Below, one piece after another: positions 19,377-30,200 of a stretch of DNA of 49,510 nt. Both the position numbers and the translations under genes were made by a program. The notes below the pieces were generated by a model. It made no database searches, was not told where the DNA came from, and saw only the letters and a program-made list of their open reading frames with translations. The stretch is from the NCBI GenBank assembly GCA_023250205.1, contig JAHFBE010000004.1:4359-53868 (forward strand), read 5' to 3'. Positions within the stretch are counted from its first letter, which is position 1, and every line of letters starts with the position of its first letter. The DNA comes from Candidatus Melainabacteria bacterium (GTDB lineage Bacteria > Cyanobacteriota > Vampirovibrionia > 2-02-FULL-35-15).

Positions 19377-21467
19377 ATGAATATTGTTAGCTCTATTTCT
19401 TCTGGATTAAGAACAGCTGTTGTTTTTACTGCTGGAGTTATTGCTTCAGCAAATAACGATGGCCTAGTTGCTCAACCCCCACCAAAGGATCTGCCTCCAC
19501 CATCATCGATAAGTAAACCATATGTTCCAGGATCTATATTATTAGCACAAGCTGATAAAGCAGAAAAAAAAGAAGAGGTAAATAAACCAGCTTCTGGAAT
19601 TCAATTAATCACTAAAAGGCATATTGATCTTATAAAGAAAACTCCAGATTCTATTTTTGCTTATGAAATTTTGAAAAGTCCTATAATTTCAATCTCAGAT
19701 GAGGTTGAAAAGTTTGCAAGGGATAATAAAAACTCTTTTGCTGCAATGGCAATTGCAATGCGTCTTCCGAAAGATAGGATTACAAAAGAAGATATTGAGG
19801 CTTCCAGAAAAGAGCCTGGCACAAAATTTTATTTTGGATTAAATCAAAATCCAAACAGACCCTTTGAAAAAGAAGATTTTGAAAAATTAAAAACTTCAAA
19901 CGAATATCATTTTTCTATAATTGCCAGAGGTCATATGACTGATGAAGTTAGAAAGTTGATTACTGATGAAATTAATCTGAGTAAATGGTATGTCTACTAT
20001 GGTGTACAAAATCCTGATTTTATAGATTCTCAAAAATCTCAGGAATTACTTCGTGATATGGCATTAAAATGTCCTGGTAGCTGGGCTGCAGAAGGTGCAC
20101 CGGTAAACCCAAGATTTAATCCTACAGATCAAATAATTCTAAATTCTTTAAAACAACCTACTACCCTTGGTGCACGGACTCTTTTAAAAAGTAAAAATTT
20201 AAAAATTACGCCAATGGCTTTAGCTTTTGCAAATGTGGATAGTAATGTTAAAAGTAATTTAGGCAAGCATGTCTCATATTATGGTGAGCTTTACCCCTAT
20301 AACTCATCAGCAGTAAAAGATGTTGATAAAGATGCTGCTCAGGAATTTTATACCAGTACCTATGCAAAGATCGTGATGTCAAACTCTGCTACCAGAGTAA
20401 CTAAAGATCAAATAGATTTTGCTCTTAAAGATACAGATCATGCAAATAGTGCTTATGCAGTAGGTACCTTCTCAAATCCAAGCACTGAAATTACAAATGA
20501 TCACCTTGAGTGGGTAGTAAGCAGTAAAGAAAATGCAAACACTTATGCTGCATATGAAATAAGTAGAAGGCTTACATGGCAGCAATTTAATACTGTACTT
20601 AAAAGAGGTACTTTTAGAAATATTATGAAAGGACCTTTCTGTGATACTTTGGCTGGTAAGGGTGCCGGGGAAAATTATTCCTTTGCTTCTTTAACAGGAC
20701 AGGGATTTAACATATTTGGTTCAGACGACAGAAAATTTATAAGAGAAATAAGATTTAGTCAGGGGGCTTATGGTTCTGTGTCAAGTATTGCTTTTATTCC
20801 TGATGAGGATGATAAAAAAGAAGCAAAAGGAGAGTTTGCACCGCCAGCATATTCTTTTAATATGGGAAGGAATGTGACATGGGGAAAGATTTCAGATGCT
20901 GAGCAGGATTATATGATTAGTAATCCTACAAAGTCTTTGTCGCTGGGTCTGGCTGGAAATATAAATCTGGAGAGAAATGAAAAGCTATCTACATTTGTTC
21001 AGAAACTAACAAAGACTTCTCCGAAGTCACAGATTTTATATGAAATTACGGTTAATCCAAAATGGGTTTCTGGACTTGAAGCAAAGCAAAGAGATGAAGA
21101 AACAAAATCTATGCTTGAAAACCCGGATAGTAAAACTGCAGAAGGATATTTTGAGAATTCAGAAGTTTTTATAGGTGAAGATATTAAAAAAGTTCTAAGA
21201 GAAAATCCAAATTCACGAGGTGCGCTTGGAGCAGCAAAAAATTCCTTTGGTTTTATAGTAGGACTAAAAGATATAGAATTTGCACTTAGTGAAAAGGGAC
21301 AAAAGACACTTTTTGGTTCTACTATTCTTTCCAGATGGGATTTCCCCGGTGAAAGGCTTATTGAAGAAGCCCGAAAGACTAATAGTGGACATTTAAGACT
21401 TGCAATTCTTTTCCACCCTGCTTTTCAGATTAACCTGGCAGATACAGAATTTAAGCTAGGGCGATAA
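19377..21467 (+). CDS. Hypothetical helical-repeat protein (696 aa), possibly exported
   Basis: Hydrophobic N-terminal stretch, Pro-rich linker, and many degenerate ~35-aa repeats (NP.S..A.G...NP). Confidence 0.75.
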   Translation: MNIVSSISSGLRTAVVFTAGVIASANNDGLVAQPPPKDLPPPSSISKPYVPGSILLAQADKAEKKEEVNKPASGIQLITKRHIDLIKKTPDSIFAYEILKSPIISISDEVEKFARDNKNSFAAMAIAMRLPKDRITKEDIEASRKEPGTKFYFGLNQNPNRPFEKEDFEKLKTSNEYHFSIIARGHMTDEVRKLITDEINLSKWYVYYGVQNPDFIDSQKSQELLRDMALKCPGSWAAEGAPVNPRFNPTDQIILNSLKQPTTLGARTLLKSKNLKITPMALAFANVDSNVKSNLGKHVSYYGELYPYNSSAVKDVDKDAAQEFYTSTYAKIVMSNSATRVTKDQIDFALKDTDHANSAYAVGTFSNPSTEITNDHLEWVVSSKENANTYAAYEISRRLTWQQFNTVLKRGTFRNIMKGPFCDTLAGKGAGENYSFASLTGQGFNIFGSDDRKFIREIRFSQGAYGSVSSIAFIPDEDDKKEAKGEFAPPAYSFNMGRNVTWGKISDAEQDYMISNPTKSLSLGLAGNINLERNEKLSTFVQKLTKTSPKSQILYEITVNPKWVSGLEAKQRDEETKSMLENPDSKTAEGYFENSEVFIGEDIKKVLRENPNSRGALGAAKNSFGFIVGLKDIEFALSEKGQKTLFGSTILSRWDFPGERLIEEARKTNSGHLRLAILFHPAFQINLADTEFKLGR

Positions 21468-21477
21468 TTTGTAACAT

Positions 21478-21515
21478 GTCATTGCGAGCCGAATAAAATG
21501 AGGTGTGGCAATCTC
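21478..21515. repeat. Half-copy (one arm) of the GTCATTGCGAG element
   Basis: GTCATTGCGAGCC...GGTGTGGCAATCTC, between convergent genes. Confidence 0.75.
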
Positions 21516-21567
21516 CTAACGCTACATGTCAATGTGGATAAATAATAGATAACATTGAGAAAACTAA

Positions 21568-21921
21568 TTAGCTCTTGTTGGGTTCAGGCTTATCTTTGCA
21601 CATTTCTACGGTAGCAAGTTTGTTCTTTTTAATAGCTCTGCTTGCGCTTGTAGGAGCATCCCAGAGTATGGAGATAGGCCATAGAAGTAAATCTAACACT
21701 CCTAATCCAATCTGACCGGTATAAAAAGATCCTCCACCGGGAAGAAATGCAAAGGCTGCAGCGGCAGCTGGATCTTTGATTTTTATTTCTGGGCATCCAG
21801 CTTCTTTTGCTTTCATAAAATCTACATCTAGCTTGTCATCAAGATCATAAGCAAATGATCCACCAATACTTGAAATTAAAATCGATAGTGAAACTAAAAA
21901 ACATAATATTATTCGTAGCAT
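21568..21921 (-). CDS. Small membrane/secreted protein with TM2-like segment
   Basis: GGAGGT SD before ATG 21921; signal peptide; KDPAAAAAFAFLPGGGSFYTGQIGLG resembles the TM2-type motif. Confidence 0.7.
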   Translation of the reverse strand: MLRIILCFLVSLSILISSIGGSFAYDLDDKLDVDFMKAKEAGCPEIKIKDPAAAAAFAFLPGGGSFYTGQIGLGVLDLLLWPISILWDAPTSASRAIKKNKLATVEMCKDKPEPNKS

Positions 21922-21978
21922 TATTACCTCCAAGGTTGGGTTTATTATAGTTTAAATTAATAGGGCTGTAAACGTAAC

Positions 21979-22077
21979 ACGTCATTGCGAGGAGCGTTAG
22001 CGACGAAGCAATCCCGAGCAATTTATGTAAACATAGATCTGGATTGCCACGCCTCGCTTTGCTCGGCTCTCAATGAC
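21979..22077. repeat. Palindromic REP-like element, GTCATTGCGAG family, full copy
   Basis: ACGTCATTGCGAGGAGCGTTAGCGACGAAGCAATCC...GGATTGCCACGCC...GGCTCTCAATGAC. Confidence 0.88.
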
Positions 22078-22080
22078 ATT

Positions 22081-23580
22081 TTAATAAAACTCCGGATTCT
22101 CTAGTCTAAATTGTTTCCCGATTAAATGTCTTCTATGAGAGAAAAATCTATTTGAGACACCACCAGAAACATCTTCTGCAATTGCTTTCACTCTTTGCAT
22201 AAATCCATCTTCAAAGTTAAACATTCTAAATGCTGTATTTAAGATACTAAGCGGTAAAGCTGTAAATCCAAAATATGAAAGATTTCTTTTTTCTTTATTA
22301 AACTCTCTCAGGTTATCAATCTCAGCTTTTTGGAATCTTTCAGTACTTTCTGTAGCTCTCAATGCTTCATCCAGTTCTTTTGTCTCGTTATACATAGGCA
22401 TTATTATTTTCGGTAAATAAATCATTTGTTGTGAGACAAAGGCAGATGCACTTAAGGTATCAAGTAGTTTACTGTTTATATGAAATACTTTTAAAATCGT
22501 ACTACTGATATTCCCAATAGCTACAGAGAAAACACCATACATTCCAAGAACAGGAGAAATAGTCTCGGCAAGTTTCTTAGAAGAACTTTTCTGAGTCACA
22601 ATATCAGAGCTAAATGTATTTTTTATGTTTTTAAATGACTGTTTTAAAAACTTAGAAAAGATTTGATCTTTCTTTTTAGTTAATCCTGCATTTTTATAAT
22701 GCCTTTCCATAAAATAAGAAAAAGAGATGTTATCTCTTTCTTTAATCGCTTTTATTTCTTCTTTGCTTTTCTTATTCCCAAATAGTGAAAGTGGTTTATT
22801 CCATAGATAAGATAAAAAGTCAGTAAAAAACTGTTGGTTTATATGTGCTCCCATTCTACTTCTCCACCAGAGAGATGTAGGAAGTGAGAGGAGTTTTTTA
22901 GCAGGATCAGAGACACTATGCGGTAAGACTTCCAGTACTGCATAAGCCCATGAATTAATCTTAGTTTCAGTGAAGACAGAAGCTTCAGAGAGCTTACCAG
23001 CTACTTTATTTCCATAGACACTAGCCTGATACTGATTCATAGCAGCGTCATCATCATGCCTGCCGTAAATAGAATACTGAGTAAAGCTTCTAATTCCCTT
23101 TGTAATTCCATAAGCCAAATCAACAATCTTCTTTACAAACCATGGAGTAGACTCACTATCCAAAAGCTCTTTTACTATTCCTATAAAAATATTTGCACTG
23201 GTAGCCTGGGAGCCGGTGAGACCAAATCGTTCGTTGTCGTGGGCAGATTCTTTGGCACGATATGCGTTTTCTTTAGAGTATTCAACAACGGTACGAGCTT
23301 CTTGAAGAGTAAATCCATGAGCATATAATATTTTGTAACACTTCAAAATATGTTCAGGTTTTTTTACAAGATCATTAATCCACAACTTATTAAAGACTGT
23401 TTTTTGTTTTTCAGTTGGATTATCAAAGAAATCATTTGCTTGAAAAAGATCTGTTATTCCTTTTGTTCCTGGAGGAGTAAGACTTTCCAAATTTCTTTTT
23501 GTCATTGGTTGTTTTTCTTTACTCAAGCAATCATAAAGAGATTTACTAAATGAATTAGTTTTTGATATTGCTGAAACCAT
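22081..23580 (-). CDS. Hypothetical membrane-associated protein (499 aa)
   Basis: Long ORF with amphipathic and hydrophobic helices in the C-terminal half; no recognised family. Confidence 0.75.
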   Translation of the reverse strand: MVSAISKTNSFSKSLYDCLSKEKQPMTKRNLESLTPPGTKGITDLFQANDFFDNPTEKQKTVFNKLWINDLVKKPEHILKCYKILYAHGFTLQEARTVVEYSKENAYRAKESAHDNERFGLTGSQATSANIFIGIVKELLDSESTPWFVKKIVDLAYGITKGIRSFTQYSIYGRHDDDAAMNQYQASVYGNKVAGKLSEASVFTETKINSWAYAVLEVLPHSVSDPAKKLLSLPTSLWWRSRMGAHINQQFFTDFLSYLWNKPLSLFGNKKSKEEIKAIKERDNISFSYFMERHYKNAGLTKKKDQIFSKFLKQSFKNIKNTFSSDIVTQKSSSKKLAETISPVLGMYGVFSVAIGNISSTILKVFHINSKLLDTLSASAFVSQQMIYLPKIIMPMYNETKELDEALRATESTERFQKAEIDNLREFNKEKRNLSYFGFTALPLSILNTAFRMFNFEDGFMQRVKAIAEDVSGGVSNRFFSHRRHLIGKQFRLENPEFY

Positions 23581-23765
23581 GTTAATAGGGATATTCCCAA
23601 AGGTTAATTTCAGACAAACTCAGGAAAAATCTCTGAAATAGTTAAGAAAACTGATGTTAAGACATAAAGTAATGTTAAGAATCAGAGGTAAACTCTGTAT
23701 TGCAATTAAGAAATAGAGTTAAATTCTTTAAGTTAGTTTATTTGCAGAGAATTGAGGATTAAATA

Positions 23766-23966
23766 ATGAGTAGTTTATCAGTGAATATGAACCCCTTTAG
23801 AGCACTTGATGCTCAGCTTAGTAAGCTAAAAGCCATGAGTGAGCAAGAACTAGATCAGCTCTTGGAACAAGTAGACATTAATTCAGAACCAGAGAATAAC
23901 CTCCCACCAAATGCATTTAGAGAATTAATGCCACCATCGCAAACTTTTGGCGAAGGTGATGGTTAG
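23766..23966 (+). CDS. Small acidic hypothetical protein (66 aa)
   Basis: GAGGA SD upstream; fills the gap between two minus-strand genes. Confidence 0.55.
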   Translation: MSSLSVNMNPFRALDAQLSKLKAMSEQELDQLLEQVDINSEPENNLPPNAFRELMPPSQTFGEGDG

Positions 23967-23984
23967 AGTTTAAATTTTTTATTA

Positions 23985-24272
23985 TTACTCTAATATTTCT
24001 TCAATAAGATAAGCGATATTGCCAAATTCAGTTTTGTCTAAACGTCCAATAAGCTTAACCACTTCTCCAACCCTATTTTTGAGTCGGTCAAAAATACTTG
24101 CTTTAGCAACTGCTTCTAATGTATCAGACTCATCTTCTAAAAGAATTGATTGTCCGCATAATTGCTTTTCTGGTACAAATTTTAGATTAACTGTTAACTC
24201 AAGATTTCTTATTAACGTTGAATCAATAGGTGTTTCTTTATATTTATATTTTATTTCTTTTATATTTATCAT
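23985..24272 (-). CDS. Small hypothetical protein (95 aa), possibly OB-fold-like, immediately downstream of the giant protein
   Basis: Start is 3 nt after the stop of 24276..34892; beta-rich C-terminus (VGEVVKLIGRL). Confidence 0.65.
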   Translation of the reverse strand: MINIKEIKYKYKETPIDSTLIRNLELTVNLKFVPEKQLCGQSILLEDESDTLEAVAKASIFDRLKNRVGEVVKLIGRLDKTEFGNIAYLIEEILE

Positions 24273-24275
24273 AGG

Positions 24276-27200
24276 TTACTGTCCCAATTTATCTATTAAT
24301 ATTGCACTAGAAGCTTCACCAGGATTATCAAAATTTAATTGAGAATTTGGAAGTACAAATTGTAGCGGAAAGGTTTCGTTGGTAATTAGGTTGGTATTGA
24401 AAGTGTTAACAACTAAATCAATAAAGGCTTCAGCTCGATCCGGCTCAAGTATTCCTTTGCTAGATGGTTTTCCAGCTTCAAAAGTCCCAGAAGCATAAAG
24501 TCTTAAAGCTTCTGCAATTTCTGATACTGAAACGTTTATATTTGGTTGTAATGATAGTCTTGTTAGATAGGCACCTGCTCCTGTTGGATTTAAAATAGTT
24601 TGAATATCACCTTCTGGGCTGTTAAGGATTGTTCTTGACTGTATTACTTTATCTACAGTTGTGAATCTCCCATACTTTCTAAAAACCCCACCCCAGAAAT
24701 TACCTATTGGTGAAGGAAGATTTAATAGAGTCTTTTGAGGAACATTTGCAGTCATGCTGAAAGTGTTTTGTTCATTGAATTGCAAATGGATATTATATTG
24801 TCCATTTTGTATACAGCCAGTAAATATTCCTGGTTGTAATGGTATATGTGAAAATGGTTCAATAACTTTTAAGTTTGTATTAAATAATTCATTTGTAGCT
24901 GAAATACTTACCATTGTATTTGTTCTCTTAATATCTAAATTATTTAAATCTTTCCCTATGAAAAATCTTCTATCTATTATACCTATTACATTTGTACATG
25001 TAGTATCTGTCGTATCTGATTTTAACTGTGCATGTGAAAGAGTGAAATAAAGAACTAGCCCAAGCAGTCCTATAGCTGCTATATCTGGAGCACTCAAGGT
25101 TCCAGCACCTATAGCTGCTGCATTTGCTAAGCCATTAAGTAGAACGGAATTTGAAAGCCCAGAAGCATTTACTTGTGGACTTATTGTTCCGATTGTTCTT
25201 AAAGTGTTTGCTGAATTAATAAGTGAAACTATATAAGGAAGGTTTGTCTTAGTTGAAGTTGAAATATATTCTAAGTAGTTTGTTGATGATATTCCACAAG
25301 TTAAAGTACTACCAGTAATCTGTGCTTTAAGATTTGATTCTCTATTATCATCTTTTAGTACACATCGTAATTGATCTATCGTGTAAAGAAGTTCATACGT
25401 GGCTTCCTGTGTCTCTAAATCATAGCCATTGTTATTGTCTTCACTTAAAAGTTTTAGATCTTTTAGAAGCCGTTTAAAATCTTTTAAAGATATTTTGTCA
25501 TTAGAAGAGAAACTTAATCCTTTAACACCAAGAATAGGATCATCCGATATTGTAGCCGTTCCATTAGTTACAAATGGAAGATTAATAGTATCAGTTTCAT
25601 TGCTTGATTCTGTAAAGAAAGAGCTTTCACCAATTTTTAGTTCACATACATCACTCTCTCCACCAGAAGTCAGAGTAAATATTACTTCTGTATAAATACT
25701 CCATGCTTGAGGAAGAGTGAATGAGATTATTCCACTTTGAGCCCAGTCAGTTTTATCTTTAAATTCTACGGGAAGTGGAATTGATTTATCGATAGTGCCA
25801 TCAGGTTTCTTTCCATTAATTGAGACATATGCTGACTTTGTAGATTTGAGAGCATAGTTAAAATCTATACTTTGACTGATACTTGCAGCATTTGGCTCCA
25901 GATTACAGAAAGTTATCTGCACAGAAGGGTCGAAAATTGGCACCGTTGATACTGTTTTGAATTGACCATTAAGAATATTGAAATTAAATTTATTTTTATT
26001 TAATTTATCCTGTACGAAGTTTAAGAAATCATCACTTCTGTTTAATGTAACTAGTGCCTCTGTAGTTTCAGGAGGTAGATTTTCTATTTTTTTAGTTTTT
26101 GATTGTTGTCCTTTTGGAATAAGAACTGATGTATTAAATTCCCCGAGATTTCCAAGAATCATGCCACTTTCATCTTTAGGCTCTACCACTAATTCCAGAG
26201 GGAATCTCTTTCCTTTTGGTCCGTAACTCGGAATATTGTTTTTAATTGTTAGATTTAAAACTTTTGTATTCGTTTTTGAATTTGTTTTTAAAGCACCTTT
26301 TACTACTGGCTTGTCTAAGAGAATTAATTCTTGTGGCTCAGCATATGACTCAGTCGGAAATGTAGAAACTGAAGGAGATAAAGTAGTAATTTCATTGTAG
26401 AGAAAAATCGGACCAATGGCACTTAGGTTTTCAAAAGCATCTTTAAAATTGTTTTCTGTACTGAGATTGAAGTTTAAATTATATTCAAAGCTTACAGTGT
26501 CTTCATTCAGACTACTTGCCATAATTCCTTTAATGACTGAATCATTGTTATTACTAGAGGTAACGATTCTTATAACGTCATCAGAACCAAACCTAATTCC
26601 ATACTTTGCAAGATTTTTAATTTTATCTGTGCTTAATGCCTGTAAGTCAACAGGAAGTTTAGCCTTATCTAAGATAGATTTAATTAAAGTTTTTGAAGAT
26701 TGGATAACAGTGTATTCTTCCGGCTGAATAATCTCTACAGCAACTTCAGGATTTGACTTAATATCTTTGAAATTGGCAAGGTATGAAGACCAGCTATCAG
26801 TTAGATTCCCTGAATCAGGAGAAAAACTTATAGGAAGAGTAAGTGTATATGAAGAAGAATCTTTTGTTAGTTCTTTAGGTGTGTAACTAAAAGAACAATT
26901 TGCTGCTAGTTCTCTTGTGGGGGATAAAATATTTGGCTGATAATTACAGCTAACAGTTACATTATCTCTTTCTCCTGTAGGAGTTTGAATATATGCCTGC
27001 CCTAAACGTGGAAGATGGTCTTGATCTTTTATCGGAATAGAATCGTATAAGTTTAAATTAAATGTAATATTATTTAATTTATTCCAAAGTAAGTTCTGAG
27101 GTTTTAAAGCAGATATTTTCGCATTATAATCCCTTGTAATGTTAATAATGAAATTGTTCGTGAGCTGAGTTGAATAGTTTTCTAAAGTTGTACCAAAGTG

Positions 27201-30200
27201 ACTTCTTGAAGTGTCTGTAGAAGTGATTGTATGGGAAAAATTATACTGCCCAATAGTCCAGTATAAAGTAGGATCTGGAGAGTTTGCATTAATATCAAAT
27301 AGTTCATTTGATAAAGTTCTATTTAGTATGAAAGATTCATAGACATCATAAGTGTTGCTACTACATCCATCTATATCGCCCAAGGTGCCAGAGTTACTAA
27401 TTGTATTTGAGTTAATTGGTGGATATGCACCTTTACCATTCAATAGGATTTCTTTAGTTCCAAATTGTAATTTGGATAAATCATTGACTTGTAACTCAAA
27501 AGGTGTCTCACTATCACTTACAGGCAAATCATCATCGTCACAAATCTTGGACTTAATAACTAATTCAAACGGTTCACCTTGTTTGAAGTTATGAGGTTGA
27601 CCATCATTATAAATAATTTGGACATCGTTATTTGATACATTGCTTAGTAATTTGATTTGTCTGTTGTCATTTATATTAATTTCATCACTTGTAATATTCC
27701 CAGCTCTGTCTTTTACATTGATTTCTACTTTAGATAGAGGGGAATCTAAAGTATTTGGATCAATAACAATGCTAAAAGCTTTTTTACCATTATCAAGCTC
27801 CTCAATGTCATCTTCATACAATTCCTTGAATGAATTATTTTCATTTATTCTGTAGGAAATTGAGTGAAATTGTTTATCTTCAATAGTTCCAGAAATTAAG
27901 AGCTTATTCTCAGGAAGAATTAAATCATTTTCATTAGGTGACTCTATATTTAGTAGAGGTGCTTCTGTATCCACTATAATCTCTCTTTCTTCACTCATAA
28001 AGAGTTCATCGGAGGAATCTACAGTTTCAAAGTAATAAGTGTTTATACCTTCACTTAATGAGATCGTTTGATTTTCACTAGTTTGATCTAGTTCTGTCGT
28101 AGTTTCATTTTCGTCTTCATCTCTTACCTTGATTTTTAAGCTGTTGTTTGGATCATCAGGATTTGCAAAGGATGTTAGTACCATAAAGGTAACAATTGAT
28201 TGGTTTGTAAATGATACATCTGAGAGATCGTCTAATAGATAGACTCCACTTGTACCAGTTCCGGCTACTGTGATTTCTGGAACATTAAAGACAAATTTTC
28301 TTATAGACTCTTCTATATAAACTGTTAGCTTTGGTGTATATGTTCCTGGCGTAGTGTAAGTGTGAGTAAAAGTTTTTGTGAGTAACTGATCAAGGGTAAT
28401 ATTTTCTAATTCAATATGAGATTCTTCGCTAGAGTTTACCCTGAGCGAAGCGAATGGGCTCGCAATGACAGAGTCACCCCAATCAAGCTCATATTTTGAA
28501 ACTGTTGCATTAACTGCTTTTGCGGTTTCATTATCGATCATTAGATTTACAGTCAATGGGACTATTCCTGAAGCTTGCTCTGGTCTTACATCTAAGAGAA
28601 CAAAGTTTGGTTCAGCATTAAATGTAATTGTTCCAGCACTTGCTTCCCAAGTTTCTTTTTGTCCACTTCTAAACACCGTAGAAACTGTAAGTTTTGGTGT
28701 AACCGATTTCCTGTCTGTGTATGGCGAACCATTAAAAGATTTATTATTGTCAAAGTAATAGTGCGTAGGATTTGGAGAGGTGCAGTCATCTGGAAGAGAA
28801 TTTCCCTTACAGCTTTCATCCCCAAAATCCCATTTATATGTTTGTGACTGAACATGACCACCAAGAACTTTTACATCAGATTTGAATCTTACGGGGATTC
28901 CTGCAGTCCCACTGGGGATTACTTCGTCGCTATTGCTCCCTGCAATGACATTTGGATCGTAAACTTTTTTATCAGAAGGATTCGTCGTGGCAAATACTAT
29001 TACTCTTTGTGAAGGTTTTGTCAGTGTAACTGATTCTGTAGAAGCCGTATCCGTCAATCCGGCTTTGTCTTTTACAGTAAGTGTTGCAAAGTAACTTCCC
29101 GGAGTAAAGAGACTTCCTGAATAGAAACTCTTCCCATCTTCTGACACTTTTCCATCAATTGGCAGTGATACTAACTGTGAATCCTGATTAAATCTTAGCT
29201 CAAAGAGTTTCCAGTTATTTAACTTTGAGTCTACAAAATCAAGAGCACTTGAAAATCTTTGGTTTGGATCGTAGCTATCTAAATCTACAAAGGTAGTAAA
29301 TAATGGTGGTGTAGTAGTAAATGTATCTCCTGAAACTTTTGCTTTAGCTATTGGATTGTAGTTTGGATATATAAAAACTGTTGGTCCATTATATGTTCCT
29401 ATCTTTGTTTGAACACCATTTTCATTCCAGAATAAGTCTACCTGTGGATTTGCGATTTGTGGAGTAGTTAAAGATTTGTTTGTGTTTTGATAAGTGAAAG
29501 TATAGTTATCATTTGCTATAGCTAAGCTTTCTCTGCCATCTCCAGATTTGAAATTATATCTTAGATTTGAAGAGTATTCCTGACCCGTAGAAATTTGTAC
29601 TTTGTATTTTATGGAGTGTCCATCCTGAATTACTTTATTTCCCACCTGGACAAATCCTACATTGTCGGAAGAGTTCTCTTCAATTCCAAAAATAGTTCCT
29701 ACTGCTGGTTTTGGTGTAAAAGTTAATCTGTGTGAAGCAGGAATTAAAGTATCTGAATATTCACTCAAGATACTTCTTGCTGCTAAATATTTCAATGCTT
29801 CAATACTTGTAAACTCTTCGCCAATGGATGAGTTTCTTTGAACAGTAGCAATTACTTTACAATTTCCATTTTTTGATTGTAGGTTTAATGGAATTGAATC
29901 TTTAAAGAATGTATCCCCATTTGAATCTTTTACTCCATTTATCGTAGTAGTAGAAAAGTTATTTGAGTTATTTATAGCAGTAAGAAGTTTTCCATCAGGA
30001 TCAAATACTGCAATATAAGCTGTATATGTAGCGTTTGGATTGTTTCCTTTTACTTTTAGTTCTACATCAAAACTGTTTCCGGGGAATGGTTGTATCGGTG
30101 TAATTTTAAAGGAACTATCTACCAGTTTGAAATCATCTGTGACTGCAAGAGAAAGAATTGAAGAATCTTTTCCATTTCCATGGAGTTGTACTAGTTTTGC

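Noticed and set aside
23640-23735. Repeated GTTAAGA words between the divergent 23580 and 23766 genes
   Set aside because: Spacing is irregular and does not fit TTAA-N7-TTAA; cannot be separated from AT-rich background.
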